Assembly (NCBI GenBank): GCA_023957335.1
Contig: JAMLHC010000002.1
Span: forward strand, 322,809-386,808
Length of the DNA stretch: 64,000 nucleotides
From: Bacteroidota bacterium
Lineage (GTDB): Bacteria > Bacteroidota > Bacteroidia > NS11-12g > UBA955
Direction: 5' to 3'
The notes under the pieces were generated by a model. That model searched no databases. It was given only the letters and a program-made list of their open reading frames with translations, and was not told the DNA's origin. How positions within the stretch are numbered: position 1 is the stretch's first letter; each line of letters opens with the position of its first letter. Below, in pieces: positions 28,619-37,699 of the stretch. Position numbers and translations under genes: made by a program.

Positions 28619-31534
28619 TTATTTCTTCTTTTTATAAATCTTCACACTTCCTTCTGCATTGTTATTCAAAATCTGAACTTTGCCAAAGCCAAGTTCTTCT
28701 AATTTTGGTTTCAACAAAGATTGTGTTCCAACAACCACAATAATCATATTGTCGGGGTCAAGGTATTGTTTTGCAAACTTATTAATATCCTCTTTCGTTA
28801 GAGAATTGATAATATCAGCTTGCTTTTTCTTATAGTCAGCATCCAAATTTCTCAACACAATGCCTCTCAAGAATGAAGCTTTGTCAAAGGAAGATTCATA
28901 GTTAAGTGCATCACTTGCCACCAAAGAATTTTTTGTAAAGCTAAGCTCTTCATCCGTAATCCCTTCGTCTCTATATTTTTTAATAATCTTAAAAATCTCA
29001 ATAATGGAACTGTCGGTAGCCTCTGCTTTTACACTTGCGCCAATAATATAATAGCCGGGATATTGTTTTACACCTGAAGTAAATCCTGAGCGAATGCCAT
29101 AGGTCCAACCGTGGTCTTCTCTGATAGAAAGGTTTAATCTGGAGTTAAAACTTCCTCCCAACACATAATTCATCACATTGGCTTTGAAGAAATCGCCATA
29201 CGTGTCATAAGGGAGCGCTCTGTTTCCGATAGACAAATACGACTGAGAAGCAAAGTCTTTGTTTATCAAAAACACTTGCGTTGTTTGATATTCAGGGAAT
29301 TTATCAAAAGTAGGGATTGAAATATCTTTTTTCTCCCATTTATTCATAAAACTCAAAGCATTTTTAACCTCATCTTGCGTCAAATCTCCCACCATAATTA
29401 CTTTGGTGTATTGAGGTGTAATAAAGCTTTGATAATACCTTACAATATCTTCAAGTTTGATTTTAACAAACTCGTTATAATTGCCGGTAGCAAATTTACC
29501 CAGAGGATTCTTATCACTATAAATCAATCTGCTAAATGCTTTAGAAGCAACAGTAGAAGAACTAAGTCTTTGGTTAGCAACTGACTCTGAAAGACGTTTG
29601 CGAAGCAAATCAAAGTCAGCACGTTCAAAATTAGGGCTAAACATCATCTCTTCAAGCAATTCCATCGTTTCATCCAGTTTGTCTTTATAACAACTCACAT
29701 AAGCAACAATACCTGAACCTCCACCCGAGAAACTGATACTGCTTCCCAGCGTTTCCATTTTGGCTTCTAAGTCAGCAGCAGGGTATTTTTTAGTACTTTC
29801 ATTCATCATTTGAGCGGTAAAGAAGGCTGTTCCATAAGGGATTTTCTTTCCGTCTTCAAATAATTGTCCTCCATCAAAATTAATCATAAACATTACCCTT
29901 GGAGTTTTTTTGCTTTCGGTTCCAATCACGTCCACACCATTTTGAGTAGTAAACTTAAAGAATTGAGGAGCTTCAACCACTTTTGGAGCAGGAGGTACAG
30001 GTTTTTTACTTCTGTCAAAATTATCAACGGGTCTTTTGTAAACCAAACCTTCAAATTCTGAATAATCAGGTTTAGCGTCCACATAAGGATTAACACTCAC
30101 AAAAGGGGCTTTCTTTGTGCCCGGTTGGTCAAAAATAGGGTCTCTTTCAACTGTAATGCATGCATAATTTTTGTTTTTGATATATCTCAAAAACACCCTC
30201 ATCACATCGCCTTTGTTTACTTTTTTATACCGTTCAATGTCTTGGTCGAGGTTAAACCCTTTGCCCGGCAATAGCATCTCATATCCGGTAAGCAATGACG
30301 CTTTGCCAGCATTGGTTTCAAGTGAACCATACATACCGGAAATAAAACTTTCCTTTACTCTTTCTAAATCAGATTCGGTAAAACCTTCTTTCTCAAAATC
30401 TTCAATTGTCTTTAAGATAAGGTCGCGAGTTTCCAGCGGTGATATTCCCGGATAAGCAACCGCTTGTATGGTAAATTCACCTGACAATTCAAAAGCCGGA
30501 TGATACACATTAATTTCAACTGCTTTTTCGGCTTTAATAAAATTCTTATAGAACACTGAGTTTCTGCCTCCTGACATTAATTGTGCGAGGATATCCAAAG
30601 CAGCTTCGTCTTTGTGATAGTTGGGGACCGTAGGATATACAAAGAGCGTGAGCGGCAGGAATATATTGTCTTTATAAGTCTTAAAGTCACTTTCCGGCAG
30701 TCTTACGGGGACAGGATTGAGTTTTTTCACCTCCGGTCCTCTTGGAATTGAACCAAAATATTTGTCCACTAATTTGACAACACTATCCACTTGCACATCG
30801 CCTGCAACTACAAGGATAGCATTGTTAGGTCCATAATAACGCAAGAAAAAAGAATTCAAATCTTCTCTGGTTGCACGGTCAAGGTCTTCTGTAAACCCGA
30901 TGGTTGGCCATGAGTAAGGATGACCTGCCGGATAGAGCAACTGATCTTTTACTTCAGAAACAAACCCATAAGGCACATCATAATTCTGAGCTTTTTCATT
31001 TTTAACAGTTTTGCGTTGAACTTCAAACTTCTCTACAGTAAATGCATTGGGTAAAAATCCCATTCTGTCTGCTTCAAGCCAAAGTGCAGTTTCAAGCATA
31101 TTGCTGGGCAAGGTTTCAAAATAGTTCGTCCTGTCTCTATTTGTGGTTCCGTTCATATCACCACCGGCACCTTGTACAATTTTAAAATGTTCTTCATCTG
31201 CAACGTGCTCAGAACCTTGAAACATCATGTGTTCAAAGAAGTGTGCAAACCCTGAGCGTCCCGGCAATTCTCTGTCTGAACCTACTTTGTAGGTAACTTC
31301 GACATGCACCACAGGAGAGGAATTATCTTGATTTATTATCAAAGTCAAGCCATTTGCAAGTTCATATTTGCTGTATGGTATGATATACTGCCCTGGTTTT
31401 GCTTCCACTTTCTCAATGAATTTAACGGGACCTAAACTCTGTGGTACTGCTGATAATGGTATCATTATCAGACTTACTACTGTAATTAATCTAAAAATTT
31501 TATTCATAATTCTTTTTGCTGAATTGCGGTTCAA
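28619..31534 (-). CDS. M16 family (pitrilysin/insulinase-type) zinc peptidase, double-unit
   Basis: Signal peptide. HFFEHMMFQGSEH inverted zinc motif (HxxEH) in the first half, a non-catalytic second M16 unit. 971 aa. Confidence 0.85.
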   Translation of the reverse strand: MNRNSAKRIMNKIFRLITVVSLIMIPLSAVPQSLGPVKFIEKVEAKPGQYIIPYSKYELANGLTLIINQDNSSPVVHVEVTYKVGSDRELPGRSGFAHFFEHMMFQGSEHVADEEHFKIVQGAGGDMNGTTNRDRTNYFETLPSNMLETALWLEADRMGFLPNAFTVEKFEVQRKTVKNEKAQNYDVPYGFVSEVKDQLLYPAGHPYSWPTIGFTEDLDRATREDLNSFFLRYYGPNNAILVVAGDVQVDSVVKLVDKYFGSIPRGPEVKKLNPVPVRLPESDFKTYKDNIFLPLTLFVYPTVPNYHKDEAALDILAQLMSGGRNSVFYKNFIKAEKAVEINVYHPAFELSGEFTIQAVAYPGISPLETRDLILKTIEDFEKEGFTESDLERVKESFISGMYGSLETNAGKASLLTGYEMLLPGKGFNLDQDIERYKKVNKGDVMRVFLRYIKNKNYACITVERDPIFDQPGTKKAPFVSVNPYVDAKPDYSEFEGLVYKRPVDNFDRSKKPVPPAPKVVEAPQFFKFTTQNGVDVIGTESKKTPRVMFMINFDGGQLFEDGKKIPYGTAFFTAQMMNESTKKYPAADLEAKMETLGSSISFSGGGSGIVAYVSCYKDKLDETMELLEEMMFSPNFERADFDLLRKRLSESVANQRLSSSTVASKAFSRLIYSDKNPLGKFATGNYNEFVKIKLEDIVRYYQSFITPQYTKVIMVGDLTQDEVKNALSFMNKWEKKDISIPTFDKFPEYQTTQVFLINKDFASQSYLSIGNRALPYDTYGDFFKANVMNYVLGGSFNSRLNLSIREDHGWTYGIRSGFTSGVKQYPGYYIIGASVKAEATDSSIIEIFKIIKKYRDEGITDEELSFTKNSLVASDALNYESSFDKASFLRGIVLRNLDADYKKKQADIINSLTKEDINKFAKQYLDPDNMIIVVVGTQSLLKPKLEELGFGKVQILNNNAEGSVKIYKKKK

Positions 31535-31687
31535 AAGTAAGCATAGAATTTCTTTCTCATCAAAGCTTCGACCAAAAAGAATGACTTGTTGTTAAATCAA
31601 TGTGAATGAACCTCTTAAACAACATTTGAGCAGTGTTGTTTATAAAAATTTAATTAACTTTCAAAACATACTAGCAATTTTGCCCTC

Positions 31688-32224
31688 ATGTCTTCTTCAG
31701 CCATCATCCTCATTGTGATTATTGTTTCAGCGCTATTGCTGATTCGATTTGCCGGTAAATTCATTTTAAAACTAATTGGTGTTCTCCTTTTTATCCCTGC
31801 AATTCTGCTCGGATTATATCTCTTCAACCTTCCTCCTTTTAACAATAATATTTTTTCGAGAGACAATCTCAACAAAAAATTCTGTATGAATGAGAGCTCA
31901 CAAGACATTTGTGATTGCATTGTTAAACCCTACACCAAACTGATAGAAGACAAATTTGAAAAAGATGAGCTCAAAGAGATTGAAAGCAAAAACTATGAGA
32001 GTGCCTATATTTTTTCTAAACTCTCAACACAACTTGCAGTCGAGACTACTTTGTGTACGGGCAGCGAAGACAGTACAAAAAAGTTAACGAATAAGTTTAT
32101 CAAAGAAATTTCGCCTTTTGGCTATACAACAGCAAAAACAGCTGAATGGTTCCAAACCAAAACAACCGAAATTGATGACAAGCAACTAAGGAAAAAAGAG
32201 TTGGATGAAAAGCTCGATAAATAG
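31688..32224 (+). CDS. hypothetical membrane protein (2 TM helices, K/E-rich C-terminus)
   Basis: ORF track. Hydrophobic N-terminal segments. No family recognised. Confidence 0.35.
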   Translation: MSSSAIILIVIIVSALLLIRFAGKFILKLIGVLLFIPAILLGLYLFNLPPFNNNIFSRDNLNKKFCMNESSQDICDCIVKPYTKLIEDKFEKDELKEIESKNYESAYIFSKLSTQLAVETTLCTGSEDSTKKLTNKFIKEISPFGYTTAKTAEWFQTKTTEIDDKQLRKKELDEKLDK

Positions 32225-32331
32225 CGGGAAAGATTCATTAATACATCCTTTTATTTATAAACATTCTAAATAAACTATTTTTGAGTTACAATAATGTCTA
32301 ACTTTGCCCACCAAATTAATCTAATCATTCC

Positions 32332-32661
32332 ATGGGAAAAGTAACATATAAATTTGAAGACGGCACACCTGAAGTAACACATGATATAGACGAAGGAGAA
32401 AGTGTGCTGGAAGTAGCACTCGACAACGATATTCATTTAAATCATAACTGCGGAGGCGTTTGTGCTTGTTCAACCTGTCATATCTATTTTGAAGAAGGTG
32501 AGGAAAATGTGCAAGAAATGAGCGATGACGAAGAAGATTTTGTGGACAGAGCAAGAAACCCTCGAATTAATTCCCGCCTTGCATGTCAGTGTGTATTAGA
32601 AAACGCAGATGCACATCTGACAGTAACCATACCCGATCAATCGGACATTATAGGAAGTTAA
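32332..32661 (+). CDS. fdx: [2Fe-2S] ferredoxin, adrenodoxin/ISC type
   Basis: CGGVCACSTCH and a distal ...ACQC cysteine. Acidic protein of 109 aa. Confidence 0.8.
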   Translation: MGKVTYKFEDGTPEVTHDIDEGESVLEVALDNDIHLNHNCGGVCACSTCHIYFEEGEENVQEMSDDEEDFVDRARNPRINSRLACQCVLENADAHLTVTIPDQSDIIGS

Positions 32662-32673
32662 ACAAATCAAAAC

Positions 32674-32919
32674 ATGGAACATAAAGCATTTGAACCACCC
32701 ATTCATTGGAAAGACCATGAAGACATAGCAATGTCTTTGTATGAAAAATTTGGAGATGAATTTAATGAAAGCAAAATCTACCGCATTCGTTTTACAGATT
32801 TAATTGAGTGGGTATTGGAACTTCCAAACTTTGCCGGCAAAAGAGAAGAATGTAACGAAGGGCATTTGGAGATGATCCAAAGCCAATGGGTCTATGAGTG
32901 GCGCGACAACCAAGATTAA
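32674..32919 (+). CDS. iscX: Fe-S cluster assembly protein IscX-like
   Basis: W.D..EIA..LYE......PE.IRFTDL..W...L..F......NE..LE.I...W..E pattern as in IscX/YfhJ. Immediately downstream of fdx, as in isc operons. Confidence 0.55.
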   Translation: MEHKAFEPPIHWKDHEDIAMSLYEKFGDEFNESKIYRIRFTDLIEWVLELPNFAGKREECNEGHLEMIQSQWVYEWRDNQD

Positions 32920-32932
32920 GCTAATTTAAATC

Positions 32933-33430
32933 ATGCTGATACTCGAAAAACTCACACAAGTAAAAGCCTTTATCTTTGACGTAGATGGGGTTTTGTCTGA
33001 CGGCAGGGTGTTGATTACCGAAGAAGGAGCACAACTGAGGAATATGTCCATTAAAGACGGTTATGCACTCAAAAAAGCAATGGAATCCGGCTATTTGATT
33101 GCTATTATAAGTGGAGGAAACTCCCAAGGGGTTAAAGAGCGACTATTGTACCTTGGCATCAAAGAAGTTTATCTGGGCGTTAGAAATAAGATTGAAATAT
33201 TTGACAAACTCATAGAGGAATATGAACTTAAACCCACAGAAGTGCTCTATATGGGGGATGACATTCCTGATATAGAAATATTGAGAAAGTGTGGTGTACC
33301 TTGTTGTCCGGCTAATGCAGTTGTTGAAGTAAAAGAAATTTGCAGTTATATCTCGCCCAATATTGGAGGGCACGAATGTGTGCGAGACGTAATCGAAAAA
33401 ACACTCAAGGTCAAAGGACAATGGATGTAA
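32933..33430 (+). CDS. kdsC: 3-deoxy-D-manno-octulosonate 8-phosphate phosphatase (HAD superfamily)
   Basis: AFIFDVDGVLSDG, followed by the GDD HAD motifs. 165 aa. Confidence 0.8.
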   Translation: MLILEKLTQVKAFIFDVDGVLSDGRVLITEEGAQLRNMSIKDGYALKKAMESGYLIAIISGGNSQGVKERLLYLGIKEVYLGVRNKIEIFDKLIEEYELKPTEVLYMGDDIPDIEILRKCGVPCCPANAVVEVKEICSYISPNIGGHECVRDVIEKTLKVKGQWM

Positions 33431-33584
33431 TGATCTTATTTTTGTTTCAAACAGAGTTCATTTTTTTCATATCAAACAATCTTAATCTCATAGAATTATC
33501 AATTCAACACTCAGAACATGAAGTAGCTTTGAAAGCAGAAAAATGCAAAAAGCATTTTATGTAACAACTTAAATTTTTAATGTC

Positions 33585-34013
33585 ATGATCAAACACGTAG
33601 CACATGCCGTATGGAACGGCTCAGTAAAAGAAGGGAACGGTAAAATCACCACCCGCAGTAAAGTTTTGGACAATGCCCAATACTCCTACAAATCACGTTT
33701 TGAAAACGGTTCAGGTACTAATCCTGATGAACTATTAGCAGCTTCACATGCCGGATGTTTCGCAATGGCAACCAGCTTACTTTTAGGAAAAGAAGGTTTT
33801 AAACCTGAATCCCTTGAAGCAAAGTGCGAATTGTCAATGAACCACGAAAAGCTTGAAATCACAAGTTCACATTTAACATTGCACGCAAAAGTTCCCGGAA
33901 TATCACAAGCTAAATTTTTGGAAATTGCGAATCATGCAAAACAAGCCTGCCCTATCAGCAAGGTTTTGAAATGCGAAATTACATTAGACGCAACATTAGC
34001 AAGCGCACAGTAA
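33585..34013 (+). CDS. OsmC/Ohr family peroxiredoxin
   Basis: The two conserved Cys contexts (ASHAGCFAMA and KQACPISKVL). 142 aa. Confidence 0.85.
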   Translation: MIKHVAHAVWNGSVKEGNGKITTRSKVLDNAQYSYKSRFENGSGTNPDELLAASHAGCFAMATSLLLGKEGFKPESLEAKCELSMNHEKLEITSSHLTLHAKVPGISQAKFLEIANHAKQACPISKVLKCEITLDATLASAQ

Positions 34014-34026
34014 TATAACCACAAAC

Positions 34027-34060
34027 AAAAGCCGTCAACCAAAGCGGCTTTTGTTTTTTT
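34027..34060 (+). terminator. rho-independent terminator after the OsmC-family gene
   Basis: AAAGCCG-tcaaccaaag-CGGCTTT followed by TGTTTTTTT. Confidence 0.6.
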
Positions 34061-34072
34061 ACAACTAAATCT

Positions 34073-34492
34073 ATGGAAATCAAAATCATCAAAATATTTT
34101 TACGCTTATCATTATCAGCAAGTTTTTTGTACGCATCCATTGACAGGTTTAATGACATATTGGGGATTTTGAATCCCAACACAGTCTTGTGGGGTAATTG
34201 GAGCAACTTTATGGCATACTCCGCCAAACTAATGCCTTGGTTTCCATATTGGATAGTGCTCACTTTAGCCATTATTGCCACCATCGGTGAAATAGTTTTT
34301 GGAATTTGTTTACTCATCGGCTGGAAAACAAGTCAGGTCGCAAGATTAAGCGGATTGCTGCTATTGTTATTTGCTATTTTCATGAGTCTTACCGTGGGAA
34401 TACCCACAGTGTTAAGTTATTCAGTTTATAGTGCATCCGCGGCAGCTTTTGCGCTGAGCACTTTTAAAGTTAAATTTTTAGAATTCAAATAA
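34073..34492 (+). CDS. DoxX-like small membrane protein
   Basis: Four predicted TM helices and about 140 aa, typical of the DoxX/MauE family. Confidence 0.45.
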   Translation: MEIKIIKIFLRLSLSASFLYASIDRFNDILGILNPNTVLWGNWSNFMAYSAKLMPWFPYWIVLTLAIIATIGEIVFGICLLIGWKTSQVARLSGLLLLLFAIFMSLTVGIPTVLSYSVYSASAAAFALSTFKVKFLEFK

Positions 34493-34504
34493 AAACATCA
34501 AATC

Positions 34505-34858
34505 ATGAACGAAAACAACGAATTATATCCGCCTTCCACAGCGGAAGATAAAAGAAAGAAAGCAGATTTAGCACCCAAACAAATAGAAGCATGGAGAAAT
34601 TTCAGCAGAACAGTTTTCAAAGAAGGAGTTCTGGATGAAAAGACCAAACAACTGATTGCCGTTGCGGTTGCACATGTAACACAATGTCCTTATTGTATAA
34701 AAGCACATGTGCCTATAGCCATGCGCAAAGGCGCAAGCAAACAAGAAATCATGGAAGCAATATGGGTTGCATCCGAGATGCGAGCAGGTGCGGCTTATGC
34801 GCACGCTACTATTGCGATGGATGCAATGGAAAAAGCTGAAAACAAAGAACAGACCTAA
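34505..34858 (+). CDS. carboxymuconolactone decarboxylase (AhpD-like) family protein
   Basis: AVAHVTQCPYCIKAHV matches the AhpD core Cxx(C)..H motif. Confidence 0.75.
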   Translation: MNENNELYPPSTAEDKRKKADLAPKQIEAWRNFSRTVFKEGVLDEKTKQLIAVAVAHVTQCPYCIKAHVPIAMRKGASKQEIMEAIWVASEMRAGAAYAHATIAMDAMEKAENKEQT

Positions 34859-34882
34859 TTAAACTCTTAATAAAAAATAAAA

Positions 34883-35356
34883 ATGACCAGATTAAATTAC
34901 GGGGCAGTTGACCCCAAAGCAATGAAAGCCATGCTTGGCTTAGAAGAATATGCAGCTAATTCAGGTATTGAAAAAAGTTTATATGAATTAGTCAAAACAA
35001 GAGCATCACAAATCAATGGCTGCGCCTACTGCCTTGACATGCACACCAAAGATGCGAGACACTATGGCGAAACCGAACAACGACTGTACTGTCTGCCCGC
35101 TTGGCGCGAAACTCCTTTCTATTCCGAAAGAGAACGTGCTGCACTTGAATGGACAGAAGCAGTTACACTAATTTCACAAAATCATGTTCCGGACTCTATT
35201 TACAATGCTGTTAAAAAACATTTTACCGAGCAAGAATTGGTTGCTTTAACCATGGCAATTATTGCAATCAATGGATGGAATAGACTGGCAATCAGTTTTA
35301 GAACAGAAGCCGGCACCTATCAACCCGGAAGTCACGGTTCTTCAAGCAATAAGTAA
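34883..35356 (+). CDS. carboxymuconolactone decarboxylase (AhpD-like) family protein, second paralogue
   Basis: RASQINGCAYCLDMH is the AhpD-like motif. 157 aa. Confidence 0.75.
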   Translation: MTRLNYGAVDPKAMKAMLGLEEYAANSGIEKSLYELVKTRASQINGCAYCLDMHTKDARHYGETEQRLYCLPAWRETPFYSERERAALEWTEAVTLISQNHVPDSIYNAVKKHFTEQELVALTMAIIAINGWNRLAISFRTEAGTYQPGSHGSSSNK

Positions 35357-36075
35357 TGCAATTAAAAGGCAAGATTGCTGTGGTAACAGGTGCAAGCACC
35401 GGATTGGGTGCTGCACTTGCAACTGCATTGGTACAAAAAGGAGCACATGTATTCGGGCTTGCCAGAAACACCCAAGCACTCACAAAGCTTAAAGATAAAT
35501 TGGGCGAAAATTTTATTGCAATACCAATGGATATCACCCAACAAGAAAACATAGCAACTTGGGCTAATAGCACATTTTCCAAAAATAAATTACCCGACAT
35601 TTTGATTAACAATGCCGGAATTGGTTTTTTTAAGAAAATAGACGAAACATCTTCCGCAGACTGGTTGCAAATGATAGATACCAACCTAAACGGGATGTAT
35701 TTTATCACATCACAACTTGTACCCTATCTCAAAAAAAACAAGAACGTAACACACATTATTAATATAGGCTCCATTCTGGGCACTATGGGACGCGAAGAAG
35801 GCAGCGCTTATTGCGCAACCAAATACGCAATCAATGGCTTTAGTGATGCACTATACAAAGAACTACGCGCGTACAAAATCAAGGTTACCTGTGTGAATCC
35901 CGGTTCCATAGAAACTGATTTTTTCAAAAACTCCGGAATCGAAGCACACGACAATATGCTCCACCCAAATGACCTTGCTGCAACCATCATACATATTTTA
36001 GAAACCCCCGACAATATGTTAATTAATGAATTAACAATCAGACCACTGAACCCCAAACAAGCTAAAAAACTTTAA
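35356..36075 (+). CDS. SDR family short-chain dehydrogenase/reductase
   Basis: VTGASTGLG cofactor motif and catalytic YxxxK (YCATK). Its start overlaps the preceding stop. Confidence 0.85.
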   Translation: MQLKGKIAVVTGASTGLGAALATALVQKGAHVFGLARNTQALTKLKDKLGENFIAIPMDITQQENIATWANSTFSKNKLPDILINNAGIGFFKKIDETSSADWLQMIDTNLNGMYFITSQLVPYLKKNKNVTHIINIGSILGTMGREEGSAYCATKYAINGFSDALYKELRAYKIKVTCVNPGSIETDFFKNSGIEAHDNMLHPNDLAATIIHILETPDNMLINELTIRPLNPKQAKKL

Positions 36076-36103
36076 CGTTATCTATACTTAATATTGAATA
36101 GAC

Positions 36104-36454
36104 ATGAGCAAAATTATCATCAAAAGAGTCTATGAATCTGCCACCAAAGATGACGGATACAGGATTCTTGTGGACCGTCTGTGGCCCAGAGGAATCAGTA
36201 AAGACCACGCACAAATCAAAGAATGGTTAAAAGAACTGGGACCCAGTACCGAACTACGAAAATGGTTCAATCATGACCCTGCACTTTATCCAGAATTCAA
36301 AAAGAAATACATTGCTGAATTACATAATCAGAAAACTGAACTGAAACGCATTGCCGACCTTACAAACAAACATCAAGTGTGTTTAGTGTATGGGGCTAAA
36401 GACGAGAAACACAATCAGGCAGTCGTACTCAAAGAAGCGATTGAACATATATGA
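36104..36454 (+). CDS. DUF488 family protein
   Basis: RVYE....DGYRILVDRLWPRGISK is characteristic of DUF488. Confidence 0.7.
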   Translation: MSKIIIKRVYESATKDDGYRILVDRLWPRGISKDHAQIKEWLKELGPSTELRKWFNHDPALYPEFKKKYIAELHNQKTELKRIADLTNKHQVCLVYGAKDEKHNQAVVLKEAIEHI

Positions 36455-36604
36455 ACGAACTCTCAGATTTGTACTGTTTAACTCTGCACTTGCCTCTTAA
36501 TTTCAATTTTTAATTTTGGCAAATTATTGTGCTTGTGTTAGTATTGCCACATAAAAACACCCTCTGCAAGACGTATTAAAATTTCTATTAAGCCTTACTC
36601 AATA

Positions 36605-37696
36605 TTGCAACCCATAATGAACCTATTAAGCATTAAGTCACTATATTTATCCTTGATAATGATACTGTCCTGTCAACTTACGTGGGGACAAACATCCAAA
36701 ACTAATGCTGAAAAAGCTGCCAGAATAAATCAGGAAGCCATTAAACTAATGGATCAAGGTTATTATGCCAAAAGCATTAAGATATTAAAAGAGTGTAAGA
36801 AACTCGACCCTACCAACATTACCTATCCGTATGAAATTGCATACGCATATTACTTACAACGTAAGTATAAAAAAGCCATCACTATTTTAGAAGGATTAAA
36901 AAATCACAAAGATGTTACAGACTTAGTCTATCAACTGCTGGGCAATGCGTATGGATACTATGGTAAAGGACAAAAAGCCTTTGAAACATATCAAGAAGGT
37001 TTGCGATTAATCCCATACTCCGGACCATTAAATCTCGAAATGGGATACATATATATCAATGCACAACCACAGGACTTGGACAAGGCGTTAGCATACTTTG
37101 AAAAAGGCATCGAAGTAGCACCCACTTTCCCTTCAAACTACTATTGGGCAACCAAAATTTATTCCCACAAAAACGAAATCGTTTGGAGCATGCTTTACGG
37201 TGAAATTTTTTTAAATTTAGAGCGCAACGGCAAATATTTCAATGAAATAAGCAAACTGATGTTTGACAACTATAAAAAGTCCGTTAAATTCACCAGCGAC
37301 ACCTCTTTTATTCTAAATTTCACAAACGCAACAGAGACAAAGAAAACAAACCCCGCCAAACCATCTTATGAAACTGATATTTACGAATCTACAATGTTCA
37401 ATGCGCTGAAAGGAATATCGGACATCAATATTAATTCTCTTGACACAATCCGCACCCGCTTTCTCAACTTATATTACAAAAACGGCTATGACATTAACTA
37501 CCCCAATGCGCTCATTTCTTTTCAAAAACAAATAGAAGATGCGGGGCACTTAGAAGCCTATAATCACGGGATATTGATGTATGGAGATGAACAAAATTTC
37601 AAAGAATGGCAAGCCCTCAACACAGATAAATGGAAAAGCTTTGTTGACTGGTTTGCCCACAACGGCAGTCTGTCTAATAACCTAATTTCTCATTAA
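36605..37696 (+). CDS. secreted TPR-repeat protein
   Basis: Signal peptide plus TPR-like repeats (YAKSIKILKE..., YKKAITILEG...). Confidence 0.5.
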   Translation: MQPIMNLLSIKSLYLSLIMILSCQLTWGQTSKTNAEKAARINQEAIKLMDQGYYAKSIKILKECKKLDPTNITYPYEIAYAYYLQRKYKKAITILEGLKNHKDVTDLVYQLLGNAYGYYGKGQKAFETYQEGLRLIPYSGPLNLEMGYIYINAQPQDLDKALAYFEKGIEVAPTFPSNYYWATKIYSHKNEIVWSMLYGEIFLNLERNGKYFNEISKLMFDNYKKSVKFTSDTSFILNFTNATETKKTNPAKPSYETDIYESTMFNALKGISDININSLDTIRTRFLNLYYKNGYDINYPNALISFQKQIEDAGHLEAYNHGILMYGDEQNFKEWQALNTDKWKSFVDWFAHNGSLSNNLISH

Positions 37697-37699
37697 TCC

